Shown piece by piece: positions 37,022 to 49,043 of a stretch of DNA of 64,000 nucleotides. The DNA lies in contig NW_003314300.1 of assembly GCF_000143415.4 (NCBI RefSeq), positions 42,908-106,907 on the forward strand. The letters are read 5' to 3'. The notes under the pieces were generated by a model. That model was given only the letters and a program-made list of their open reading frames with translations. It was not told the origin of the DNA and made no database searches. A program made the translations under genes and the position numbers. Within the stretch, counting starts at the first letter, position 1. Each line of letters starts with the position of its first letter. This DNA is from Selaginella moellendorffii (lineage: Eukaryota > Plantae > Lycopodiophyta).

Positions 37022-37682
37022 AAGTGAAAAAGGAATAATATTTGAGTTTAGACTCAGAAGAAATTTTTCCCTCCACTTTCCACATTCCTGCAAGTATGCA
37101 AGCTTTGAAGTTCGAGCTGGGTGCAAAGTTTGGACGTTTGACACATCAGCCTCATCAGATACATACAACAGAAGTATTTCAGGCCTTCCTAAGAGACAAC
37201 AGTCATATTGGGTTGGTGTTGGCAACCAATCTGCAGCTAGTGGATGCTGAGAACAAGCTGCAGGACTTCTTTTTATTTAAACACAGGTATAAAAAATCTT
37301 TATAAAGCTCAATGTAATGTACTGTAACAGGGATGTTTATGAAGGGCAGCAAGCAATTGGGAAGAAAACTTTGAGAAAAAAATATGGACAATAAAGCAAT
37401 GGATGAATGAAGGTATTTATTTTCTAGTTGTGGGAGGTTAATTGTGTGCCTTTTCTGGTCTTTATGACCGACCAGCATTGGGTAACTTGATTTCCAAAGT
37501 CAAAAAATCTGAAAGGATGGTGGTGCTTGTGCCAAAGGTTCATCAATGTTTATATGGGTAAGAGTCCAAGTTTTTTTATGCTTTATTTGTAGGTTTATTA
37601 GGTGCTGTGTGTTTTGATCTTGTGTACAAACCTAGTAACGAGCAAGATGACAGTACGAAGAGGAATCATTGGTGTTTTTAAA
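37022..37682 (+). pseudogene. CRN-like 3' fragment, unit 4 (most decayed)
   Basis: Matches 14320-15092 with multiple deletions. Confidence 0.8.
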
Positions 37683-39974
37683 ATGCTGTTACCATATTTA
37701 CTCGTTTACCAATAATATTAAACATTAAAGGATGTTTAAACACTTTGTGAAGATTTATCCCTGATTATGGATGAATTGATTAGGAAAATTCTTATATAAA
37801 CCTAATCTTCAATAGTTATAATAATAATTAATTTTAGTAATTATTGGTTAACCTATAGGGAAATATAGATATTTAAGGATGTTCTACCATCCAACGGTTG
37901 TTATTCATTTATATTAATCTTATATTTATAATTTATGACCATTTTATTATTTTTATTAATTTGTTTTTTATTTTTGATTTTTTTATAATTTATAAACTTT
38001 CCTAAACACTTCCTAGTATATTCTAGTTTATTTTACCATCTGATCATTGATATTCAATAATATTAATCTTGTGTTTATAATTATAAACTTCCATTTGATT
38101 AATTGGGTTAATAAATAGGAATAACACTACTATTAAGCAAACTAAGCATTGCTACATGCAAAACATAATTGATGACTGAACAATATCCATAGCACAATCC
38201 AAATCTAACATATCTATGTGATTAATTAAACAGAATTACCTCTAGTTAATTTATACTAATAAGAAGAGCCAAAAATAAACTACACTTTGAAGAATTGAAA
38301 ACAAAAAAGAATAAAACTTTCAGCTAAAATTTAAAATCCGTCAACTTGCCAAATGAGCCAAGTATACAAACCCATTTCGTAAGCCAAGTAAAAGTCAATT
38401 ACATCTTAGACCTTCACTCTGTCTTTGAGAATATGCCCCAGCACAATATCATCTCTACTACAGGGGATGGAACTGCACCCCTATTGAGATAAAATCCAGC
38501 CGTCTGCAAAAGGTGATGGTGTCTAGCTGACAAAATCCATTTAGCCTGAACTCCCAAAACATCTCCAAAGACTCCTTGCTCCTTCCATTCTCAGCATAGC
38601 AAGAGAGGATCAAGTTCCATGGTTTTATCCATGAACCTTGGAACACTAATATGGAGTCTCCACACTGGCCATACATGGAGATTAATGTGTTCTTGCTTGC
38701 TGGCATCTCCCATGATCTAAGAGACTTGGCTTGTCATACCAGCACAAGCATCAATCATTGATAGTAGCTGAGATCATTGAGCTTGATACCATGAGCCTGG
38801 AAACTTTGAGAGCTCCCTTGTAATTCATGAGAAGCACTAACTTCTCTTACCAAGATTGGGATGATCCTGCAACATTGATTCATATGCAAATCAGGTGCAT
38901 TTGCACCGTGAAGAAAGGATTCCTCTTGAGCAAGACATGCACATTGTGCTGTTCTGGAAAAAATGAGAAAAGACACAATGTACAGAAGACTCAGAGGCAT
39001 TTCCTAAGCTGGAAATGAAGGAGACGAACTAAGAAAATAACATACCAATTCAAATGTGTTAGCTTCATGAGCTTTTGTTTTGTAGAGTCTGCAAATTTTC
39101 TATCAGCAACATAAGCTAAAGGTTGCACCAGAGATGATAAAGCAACATAGAATTGCCAATAGGTTGCTTTGCTCATATTTTGGCATTACCAAGAACAACA
39201 CTTAACTATATCTTGAAAATTAAATATACTGAAGTATTTAATTCATAACCTGTTGAAAATACCTCAATCCTTGTTTATTTCAATGGAAGCAAGCAATGGA
39301 TAAAGAAAACATGTCTATCATTCATTTGTATGCACATTTTTTATAAAGTGGTTCTTCCAATTTCAATTATAACTTTTAGGAGTTGATGGGTCAATAAGAC
39401 AAAACTCAACTCTGATGGTTTTATCAACTGTCATAAAGCTTAACTCATTGTACAAGGTTACAAACAAAATCTTAAGATATACTCTTCAATGGTGAAGATG
39501 ATAAGTGTTAAAATTTTGTTTACTTTTGCTATTTGAGATTTATCACATTAATATCAAGACTACTTTCCTAAATAGAAATTTGCAAGAAGATCTACATTTA
39601 ATAGCCAAAAGACTATACTTAATCTATATATCTTATGGAAGTTCAAGAAAAGTTCTTTATAGCTTTAAATAAGCCTTTAGATCATTGTGGTAAAAAATCA
39701 ATACTTTTTTCAAAGCTGAAGGATTTTCTTACACTCCTGAATCCAATATTTATATCAAGTGAGAAGGGAACAATTTATTTATTATTGCTCTCTACATTGA
39801 TAAGTTGTATTTTATTAGCAAAAATTGTGAATATTTATCAAGGCTAAACTTGAAAATTCTTAACTTAGAGAAACTTTGATACTTTATTGATTTTAAAATT
39901 CACCATGAATCTTTTAACATGTCCCATAACAAAAATACTTGACTGAAGTACTTAAAAGTTATGGATAAATCCTT

Positions 39975-40560
39975 TGTAGGCTCTTGAGTTTGGACTTCCC
40001 GGGAGGTCACTCAGCTCAGTACTATTTAAACCCAAGGACGCTTAACCCTAACTATCCCAAGACCCTTAACCGATTGAAAAAAGGGGTACACTCTTGTTCA
40101 TAGGCCTTTTCTGTCTATATTTGAACCCCATGAAATCATTCTCTTTGGTTACTTACAATTCACCACGCTTCCCTACAAGTTCACGCCCTCGTGAACGGAA
40201 GTTGAGAGCCGCCGCTCACTTGACACCCTACCCCTCGGGTCGAGCCCAGCGAGAGCAAACTGTTTGACCCGAGGGGAGCAAACTGGACCAGCCAGATGTC
40301 AATCAACATGTGGTGTGATTCCTGTAGCCAACCAACAGAGTCGGACCTGAGACCCCTCTGATACCAAATGTAAGTTCTTGAGTTTGGACTTCCCGGGAGG
40401 TCACCCAACTCAATATTATTCAAACCCAAGGACGCTTAACCCTAACTATTTCAAGACCCTTAACCGATTGGAAAAGGGGGTGCACTCTTGTTCATGGGCC
40501 CTTTCCCTCTATATTTGAACCCCATGGAGTCTTTCAAATCATTCTCATTAGCTGCTTATA
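39975..40560 (-). mobile_element. Complete Cassandra TRIM: two 5S-rRNA-containing LTRs, PBS(Met), PPT, 5-bp TSD
   Basis: LTRs at 39975-40157 and 40369-40560; PBS TGGTATCAGAG (minus, 40356-40366); purine-rich tract 40158-40174; TSD tcctt/tcttt; minus-strand LTR reads GTTAAGCGTCCTTGGG..TAGTACT..GTGACCTCCCGGGAAGTCC (5S-like); empty sites at ~24382 and ~32941. Confidence 0.9.
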
Positions 40561-41564
40561 TCTTTCTTATTTGCCTATAGAACTTGAAAATATTAAGTTT
40601 TTGACAAATGTTAAATGTCCAAGCCATAACAAACATATTGATTTGAAATTTGCTTGGGAGTTTTATGTATGTTGTGGTGTGGCCTAATTTTGGTAGAAAA
40701 TATTGGAACATCTAAACTTGTGATATGCTTTATAAAGCAAACTATTGCTTTTGGAGTGCTTTATGGTTCAAGTTATAATGACAACAATTTGTTAGATTAC
40801 AAAGGTAATCATAAATCCACAAAGGGTAGGGTTTTACTAAAAAAAACAAATCTATATTGGTTTCAAGAATGTCTTGGAGGTTATCAATTGCTCTTTATGT
40901 TGACAACAAAATAGTGAAAATATCGCAACACTAGAAGTTATGACATATTGTCAAAACACTATTACTATGTTAAGAATTTAGTATACAAAAATTTACTAAA
41001 GGTTCAATACATTTCCTCTTGACAATAACTTGCCAAGATTTTTAAGCCAAAATTCTATTTGTGGAACATAAGAATTTTATTTAAGTCATAGCCATGCCTT
41101 AATTGAGGAGGAGGTAGTATTAACCCTTAGCTTGAAAAAGAGTATTGGAGCCAAAATCTAAGGTGTGATATATGCCTTGCATCATAGAGATATAGAGTTA
41201 TATTTAATGGCAAGTTTAAGAGAAATTTCTAGATTTAGCTAATATCTAATTAGTAGTCTTTTTTATTTCAAATAAAAAATTGTTTTTAGTTTCCTTTGAA
41301 AAGATCTAATTCATTCTTTGATCTCATTACAGTAGCAATAGTCACACCCTTGGCTTTAGGAGTGTTGGAGCTGAAATCTAAAGTGTAATAAGTGGCTTAA
41401 ATTATGGTGATAAAAATCCACATTCAATGTTAGTTTCAATGTAACTAGTATATAATTAGTAGTTCTTTCTTGTTTCAAAAACACATAAACACTTATTGAA
41501 TAAAAACCTTAATATATATTAAATATTTGAAAGAAATTGTATAAATAATGCATTGAAGCTCACA

Positions 41565-42595
41565 CCAACCAATAGAGTCATATTTAAGATTGCTTTGATA
41601 TAAAATGTAAGCTCTTGAATTTGGACTTCTTGAAAAGCCACTCAACCTAGTACTATTCAAATCTAAAGACATTTAACCCCAAGTATCCCAAGAGATTTAA
41701 TCGATTGGAAAAAGGGGTGATGGGCCCTTTCCTTTTATATTTGAACTTTTATGGATTATCTTTTAAGTCATTTTTTTTTTGTTACTTACACTAAACTTCA
41801 TTTTTTGGGGCTTTTGTCATTGTCATACCCTACACTTCAAACCCAAGATTAAACTCTATTTTCTTGAGCTTTTGTCATTGTCATAATTTAAATGTATGAA
41901 CATTGATATCTTAAAAAAAAACTAACTTGTAAAGGCATCAACACCTTCTCTTCACTTTTAGAGCTCCTAATGGCTGATTTGGATTTGGATTCCTGGTTGG
42001 TTATTATATGAAGTGGGTTAGCTTCTTCTAAATAATAGTATAACTTACGTACTAACACCTCTTATTTGTTTTTTGGGTATTGCTATCTAAGTGTTGGTAT
42101 GTCTCCCTTACTGGCACCTATGCATATTTACAAAGGCTAATTTATTTTTGTTAAAGTGTATCCTTGAATAACATAGGATGAAACACTTTGAAGTATATGA
42201 CCTTTTGTTTCAGCTAGAAGAAATCATTTTTTGTGTTGTATCTATTTATATTGTTTACACTACATGTTAATTGATATTTAATAGGTCTAGTTGGGCTTGA
42301 CCCGAGGGGTAGGGTGTCAAAAGAGCAAAACTCTTGAAAGAGCTATAGTTTTCAATTTCAATTTACGAAGGCATGAATTTGTAAGGAAGTATAATAGATT
42401 TTAAGCAACCAAAAACAACAATTCAAAAGACAATTCATAGGAGTTTAAATATAGAAAGAAGAAGCTTATAAATAAAAATGTACCCTTTTTTTCAATTGAT
42501 TAAGGGTTTTGGGATACTTGGGGTTAAACATTGTTAGGTTTGAAAAATACTGAGGTAGGTGGCAGCTTGGGAAGTTCAAATTCAAAAGGTTACAT
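41565..42595. mobile_element. Cassandra element split by an inversion (LTR-like pieces at 41606-41790 and ~42400-42593)
   Basis: Both pieces match the Cassandra LTR but in opposite orientations; 41565-42255 is inverted relative to 25471-26170. Confidence 0.65.
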
Positions 42596-43998
42596 TAAGT
42601 CTTGGGTTTACACTTAGTCTTGGGTTTGAAGTTTAGAGTATGACAACAAAAAACATAGAAGTTTAGTGTTTAGGGTAAAAATTTAAACCAGTTGCTTTTT
42701 GAATTTTTGGTTTGCTTAAGCAAATTTTTAACAGAGTAAATATATTTTAATATGCTTGGATATTTTAGAATATTTTACCAAGTTGTTATTCATTTAGATT
42801 AATCTTATATTTGTAATTTATAAAATTTTACTTTCTAGTATATTATACCATCTAATTATTGATATGTGGTAAGATTAATCTTGTATTTATAAATTATACA
42901 CTTTCAACCTAAAAATGATCACATTTTTTAAAATAAGTTTTTCTAAATGGTGCTCAAACACTCTAGAGACTATAGTTGGACTGTAAACACTTATAATATG
43001 GTTGATTTCAAGAAGTTATCTTGTTATTTAAAGAGATTGAACTACATGTTTACTCAAATAGTTCATTATGGAGTATAATACGAAATCACTAAGTAAATAT
43101 AATCTTGAAATTCTCAACAAAATTTATTTTTGGCATATAATCATTGGAGAAAAATGTGGTCTATCTTTTATGCCCATAATACTCATTCAGCTTCATATAA
43201 ACTTTTCTCCTTTGCAAAAATTTGAGAATTTTTAATGAACTATACATTGAGCAACTTGATAAACAAGAATTATGCTATTATTATGTAAACTGTTTGGCTG
43301 TCAAATTAAAGTAAAATTATTATTAAGTATTGTCAAATTTGTAATTAAATTTTCAAACTGTCCAGCTCTTATAAAACTTGTCAATTCCTTGCAAGCTGAA
43401 AAGTTGTCACAATCTTCATCTCCAACATCTCGCAATCGTTGCTGCGTGCAAACGCTGGATTGTTAACTTGGTTCCGAGCCATTCGGAAAAAGCTTGCACT
43501 TTGATAAATCAAACTTGATCTTTTTTTTAAGGCTTTGTGTACATTAAAACCGCAGGCTAGCCTTCCTTACACCAATCTTTCTTTCTTCTTTCAATCAGGA
43601 AAGGTGATGGAATAGCAAAAGAAAAAGACCCAACCCAAAATTGACAAACCAACCTTGGCATGAGAATGACCTTGCTCCATGGCCCGACCTCGTCCCGTTC
43701 CATCGCATTTCTCTCAGGTCCCTAGCTCGGCCAGAGTCGAGACGAAAAGGGGAAATTACTTATTACTCCTGAATAAGCAAGCCCGAGAAAGAGCCGTTGA
43801 CTTACATTGACTTTTATTGGTCAAAGAATCGTTGTCGGCATCCGCGATTCGTTAGTAAAGCTTTCTTCTGCAACAGTGATTTTTTTATGGCGCTTGTTCG
43901 CGGAAATCCGGTGAAGTAGCGAGGAAAAGAAAATTCTCTCTGGGCTATCGGTCTTGTCTTTTTTTCTTTGTCTGTCTTCTTTCTAATGTTTTCTCCCG

Positions 43999-44410
43999 CT
44001 AGCACATTTGGCCGGGCTGGAGCTCTTGGCGGCGAAGATGCCACTCCGCTAGCGGAAGAACGAGATATGTGCGCTCGCTGTCCACCGTGAAACGATCATC
44101 GTCCACCTTATGCGCGAAGAGTGTAGCACACAGCACAAGCGTGTAGTCCTTGGAGTCATTGCTAGCGTGGAGCCTCGCATAACTGGGCGTGGGTGTGAAC
44201 CAGAAGTAAGTCTCAGGCCTCCCGTAAGCATTAGCACAGCTTGACTGTATTCCGTTCGCCATGATCGAAGCAACGTTCCTCGTTTCGGTGCCGTGCCACA
44301 GGAACTTCAACACCGCTGGGGCGTCAGCTGGTTCGAATTCGTCACTGATGTTACCTGGTGATCATGCTCAAGCTGAAAAGAATTCCATAACAAACAGTGA
44401 GCTCTTACCG
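43999..44410 (-). pseudogene. ART-like copy 4: intact catalytic exon, 5' exons lost or rearranged
   Basis: 104-aa ORF LKFLWHGT..YGRPETYFWFTPTPSYA..LVLPLAEWHL. Confidence 0.7.
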
Positions 44411-44472
44411 CGTAGAGCCCCTTGCTTGCTAGGTTATCTTCCGCACACGTGAGCTCTTAGGTGAGCTCTTAC

Positions 44473-44566
44473 CGAGATCGGGACGATATATTCGCAACCA
44501 TTCATATGCTTCCCTACACCCGGTTTGCGGAAGCATATGAATGGTTGCGAATGTATCGCGATCTCG
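44473..44566. repeat. 30-bp near-perfect hairpin, pre-miRNA-like
   Basis: 44484-44513 pairs with 44529-44558 around a 15-nt loop; outer cgagatcg/cgatctcg extends the stem. Confidence 0.9.
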
Positions 44567-44721
44567 CCCAACAGCTAATAGAAGACGACCACGTGTCAAA
44601 ATAGCATAATTCTGGCATCTTTCTAAAATTTCTCGCGGCCTCTTATTTTTCTCTTTAATTGTTCTTTCATAGTTCCCATATATAAGAAACCTAAAGCGCT
44701 TTTTTTGCACAAGCTTTTAAA

Positions 44722-44789
44722 GGGGGTGTAGTGGTTTCCAAACTTTCAATCCTGAAAAGATATCCCGGGTTCGACTCCTGGCATCCTCA
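44722..44789 (+). ncRNA. tRNA-like RNA, unit-4 copy
   Basis: GGGGGTG/CATCCTC-A (two G:U pairs); TTTCA-ATCC-TGAAA; CCGGG-TTCGACT-CCTGG; TATATAA at ~44679; T6 at 44798-44803. Confidence 0.65.
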
Positions 44790-44810
44790 ACCTTAAATTT
44801 TTTGCTCTAG

Positions 44811-47800
44811 CTAGAGCTGGATATTCTTTGGTATGTTCTTCCTTCTCAACTCCTGGATTTGAGCTTGCTCCTCCCTCATGCCACTGCTCGCGTAGATCGC
44901 CTCCATCAACAAATACCCCGCCTCGTGCCTCGCCTCCACTTCAACCAGCCGATCGAAAGCAAGCTTTCCGACCGCCGCATTCTTCCACTTCTTGCAAGCG
45001 CCCAGCACCGTTCTCCAAGCAACACCACTCGCCTCACAAGGCATGGCTTTCACCATCTCCACCGCTTCCTCCAGCTCGTTTGCGCGGCCGAGAGCGTCCA
45101 CCATACAGTGGTAGTGCTCGGCCCCGGGACGAACTCCATACTTCGCTTCCACCTCCTTGAAGTAGCGCTTCGCTTGGTGGACAAGCCCGCCATGGCTGCA
45201 CGCCGTGAGCACGCAAAGAAGTGCGATCCCATCTGGTTGGAAGCCTTCGTCTTGCATCTCGTCGAAGAGCTTGAAAACCATTCGCGTGTCCCCGTCGCGG
45301 CTGTGTGCTGCTATCACGGACGTCCAGGCAACCGCGTCTGGTTTCTCCAGGGACTCGAAGACCTGCTGTGCCTTCGCTGCGTCCCCGGCTTTGCCATAGC
45401 CATCGACGACGCCGTTCGCTACAACGGGATCGTCCTCGAGTCCACACCTGGAGATATCTGCGTGAATTCCCTGCAGAGGCTCCAAGGCTCCCACGCTGCT
45501 GCTACCTTTGAGAGCAGCCACGAAAGTTGGCGCGTCGGGTCTGTATCCCTGTGCTCGCATTCGATGGAAGAGTTGCAGAGAAAGCTCCCCCTGACCACTT
45601 TCGGCGAGCCCGAGTATCATCACAGTCCAGGACACCGCGTCGTGAAGGCGCACCTTTTGGAACACCTTCCAGGCGTCCCGGATGCTTCCACACTTGGCGT
45701 AGAAGCTGACGAGCGCGCTGGCTAGAAAAGTGTCCGAGTCGAATTCAAAGCTGGCCGCTCGAGCGTGAATCCCCACGGCTTTCTCGAGTGCCTCCTCTAC
45801 TTTCACGAGCCGTCCATCCCCATCTGTCTTCCCTGCTAGACTGCTGCAAGCCTTGAGTGCCGCACAAAACGTTCGAGAGGTTGGAACGCAGCTGCTGTTC
45901 GTCTCGAAGATACTCAGGGCCTCTTCTGCTTCCCCGTTTGTGACATATCCCAGGATCAAAGCGTTCCACGAGACGGGATCCTGAGGCGTCATCCCATCAA
46001 AAACTTTTCGAGCGTCGGCCAAACTCCCACACTTGACGTACATGTCCACCAGTGCGTTCGCCACACTGACGTCCGTGTCGTAGCCACTCTTGAATGCTTG
46101 AGAGTGCACAGCTGCGCCTGTTCCCAGCGACTCAGCCTTCACCATCCTTCCTTCCACTTCCTTGGCTTCCTCTGTTGCTCCCAATACACTGCAGGCCCTG
46201 ATGGCAGCGGCAAAACTGTACGCATTTGGTAGAAGTCCCGCCGGTTCCATGCACGAGAAAACTTCCAGAGCGAGCTTCGGTTCTCCGCAGTCGACATATG
46301 CCATGAGCAAGGCAGTCCATGATACCACACTGCGCTGTGGCATCTTGTCAAAGACTATCCGGGCGTCCATCAAACTTCCACACCTTGAGAACGTATCTAG
46401 TAGAGCATTGGCGAAGAGAATTCCATTCTCAAAACCGTGTCCCGCAGCTTGCAAATGGACTTCCATAGCCTTCTCAAGAGATTCCAGCTTGACAAGCTTC
46501 CCCTCCACGTCAGTCCCCTCCTCTTTAGCTGCAAGATCAACACACGCTTTGAGAGCTCCAACAAATGTCGAAGAGTTTGGAGCACAGACCTTTGCTGCTA
46601 GTATTTCCGCTAGTAACTCCAAAGCCGTACCACCCTCGCTGTTTTCTGCGTATCCAAGCATCAACGCGTTCCACGAGACCACACTGTGCTCCCGCATCGT
46701 GTCGAAGACTTTGCGGGAATCGAGCAAACTCCCACACTTGGCATACATGTCGACGAGTGTGGTCGCCACGAAAGCCTCCGAGACAGAACCGATCTCTGCT
46801 GCCTGCGAGTGAATGGCCAGTCCCTTCTCTAAAGCCTGTAACTTGACGACCACTCCGTAGATTTCCTTCTTTTCTTCGTCGGCTGCAAAGGTGGTACAAG
46901 CTTTCAGAGCAGCGACCAAAGTTGAGGCATTTGGTTGGCAGCCGTCCTCACTGATCCATTCAAACATCTCCAAGGCGAGCTCTGCTTTCCTGTTCTCGAC
47001 ATATCCCAGCAACAACGCGTTCCAGGACACAACGCTGTGAAAACACATCCTGTCGAAAATCCTTCGAGAATCAACCAGGCTCCCACACTTTGCGTACATA
47101 TCCAGCAAAGTGTTGGTGACGACTATCTCCAAATCGTAGCCAGATTGCGCAGCTTTCAAGTGAATTCCCATCCCCTTCTCTAAAGACTCCAGTTTCACCA
47201 CCATTCCGTCAACCTGCTTGCCTTCTTCTGCTACTGCCAAATAAGAGCACGCCTTTGTGACAGCCACGAAGCTGCACGCGTCGGGAAGACAGCCTCGAGG
47301 TCTCATGTGTCGAAACAGTTCCAAAGAGAGCTCGGGTTCCCCGTTTTCCGCATAGCCGAGGATCAAAGAGTTCCAAGCCACGACGTTGTGACCAACCATC
47401 CTGTCGAAGACGAGACGCGAGTCTCGCATGCTTCCACACTTCGCGTACATGTCGATGACAGTGCTCGACACAAAAATGTCCGAGTCGTATCCGCGTTTTG
47501 CAGCCTCTGAATGTAGAGCCAGACTCTTCTCCAGGGACTCCAAGCTCACAAGCTTGCCATCCAGCACCGCTTTTCCTTCTTCTTTCAATCCCATGTCCGC
47601 GCAGGCTTTGCAACCGGCAACGACAGTCCGAGCATTCGGCGAGCAGCGTTTAGTCCGCATGAGCTCGAACAGATCCATAGCCAGCTCCCCTTCCCCATTC
47701 TCTGCGTATCCAAGCATCAGCCCGTTCCAGAGTATCACGTCGTCGTGGGAATCCAGCTTGTCAAACACCTGCTTAGCATCCTCCATGCTTCCACACTTCG

Positions 47801-48386
47801 CATACATCTCGATCATGCTGCTTGCCAGGAACCTGTCCGAGTCGAAACCAAGCCTCGCAGCTTGATCGTGCAGAGAAATCCCTCTTTCCAGCGAAGCCAC
47901 CCTCACAAACGTGCCGTCAACACGTGTGAACTCCTCCCTGAGAGCCAGGCGGCCGCAAGCTTTGGTAGCGGCTACGAGAATCCGAGCATCCGGTGGACAG
48001 CCAGCGTCTTCCATGCGAGAGAAAAGCTCCAGCGCGAGCTCTCCATTTCCATCCTCGGCGTGGCCCAGCATCAATGACGTGAGAGCAATGGCGTTGTGGC
48101 AAGGCATCCTGTCAAAGACACTGTGAGCGTCGGCCATGCTCCCACACTTGGCGTATGCGTTAACCAAAGCGCTGGCTGCGTAAACGCTGGACACTTCACC
48201 TCTTTCCATGGCGTCTGCGTGGATGCTCTTGATGCGCTTGACATCCCCGGAGCTCGCGCACGACTTGAGCGCCGCGAGAAGGCTGGGAAGATTTCTCCTG
48301 GCATTTTTGGAAGCGCTCACTGCAATATCGAGGAGACAATCAATCAAATCCAACAATGTAGCGGGGAAGATCTAGAAATACTCACT
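44811..48386 (-). CDS. PLS-class pentatricopeptide repeat protein with C-terminal E domain (organellar RNA-editing factor type), no DYW domain
   Basis: 1181-aa ORF with about nine repeats of xxLVDMYAKCG..VFD.M...VVSWNAL..GY; ends with HYHCMVDALGRA, WRTVLGAC, GYLLMEAIYASSG; start probably formed across an intron at 48385-48320. Confidence 0.92.
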
Positions 48387-49043
48387 AAGAATCCCTCAAT
48401 CGGTGAGATTCTCCGGCAGCTCTCGCAGCGCGCGTTTGTTGGCGCTGGAAGGAAGCCTTCGTCCTCGATCGCGCTGGCGAGCTTCCATCTGCGATCAAAA
48501 GAGCGACATTCCAGGATTATGGAGCTCGGTGACAAACCTCTGGATGCCGATCCATGCCTGGCACATTGCGGGAACGAGCATTTTCTCCCAATCTCTAGGA
48601 AGAACCCTAGAACTCTTGCTGACGTGGCGGCTTAAGGGTTTGGGATGTATATATAGAAGACATGCTCTAGAGAATTTTTTTTTTTGTGTGGGAGGGAGGA
48701 ACACAAAGGCGAGCGCTGGACGGGTTTTCATCGGCTCGACCATGCTGAGGAGCTCGGCGCTGGGCAGATTTTCATGGAATATCAGCGCAGCGGCACTGCA
48801 GGTGAGATTCCAGTGCCCTACCGGCGCGTAGCTCGTAGAAATCCTTCTCGCGACAATCCCCAATCTCTCCTCGCGCTCCTCCTCTAGCAGCTAGGGAGTT
48901 CGATTGCGAGCGGCAGCGGCAGTAGCGTCTCCGGGAAGCCCTAGTGTGTGGCGATCGAATTCGCGGGCTTAGGGTTTAGAGAGCTTCCTCTCCTTCCAGC
49001 GAGCGCACGCTAACGGTGGACTGCCCGCGCAGACGATTATGAC

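Larger units (their letters stand above)
14320..46234. repeat. Four-unit tandem segmental amplification: U1 14320-21241, U2 21242-29920, U3 29921-37021, U4 37022-46234
   Basis: The same chimeric junction (PPR ...catttggtagaa | CRN ..aagggaacagtatttgag) recurs at ~21241, ~29920 and ~37021, and the order of components is the same in every unit. Confidence 0.9.

Noticed and set aside
39991-40046. 5S rRNA gene
   Set aside because: Only the internal promoter-like part is present, and it is embedded in the LTRs of a TRIM
44828-48126. Plus-strand ORFs overlapping the PPR (also 19843-20499, 28528-29412, 35659-36519)
   Set aside because: Antisense shadows of GC-rich PPR coding sequence
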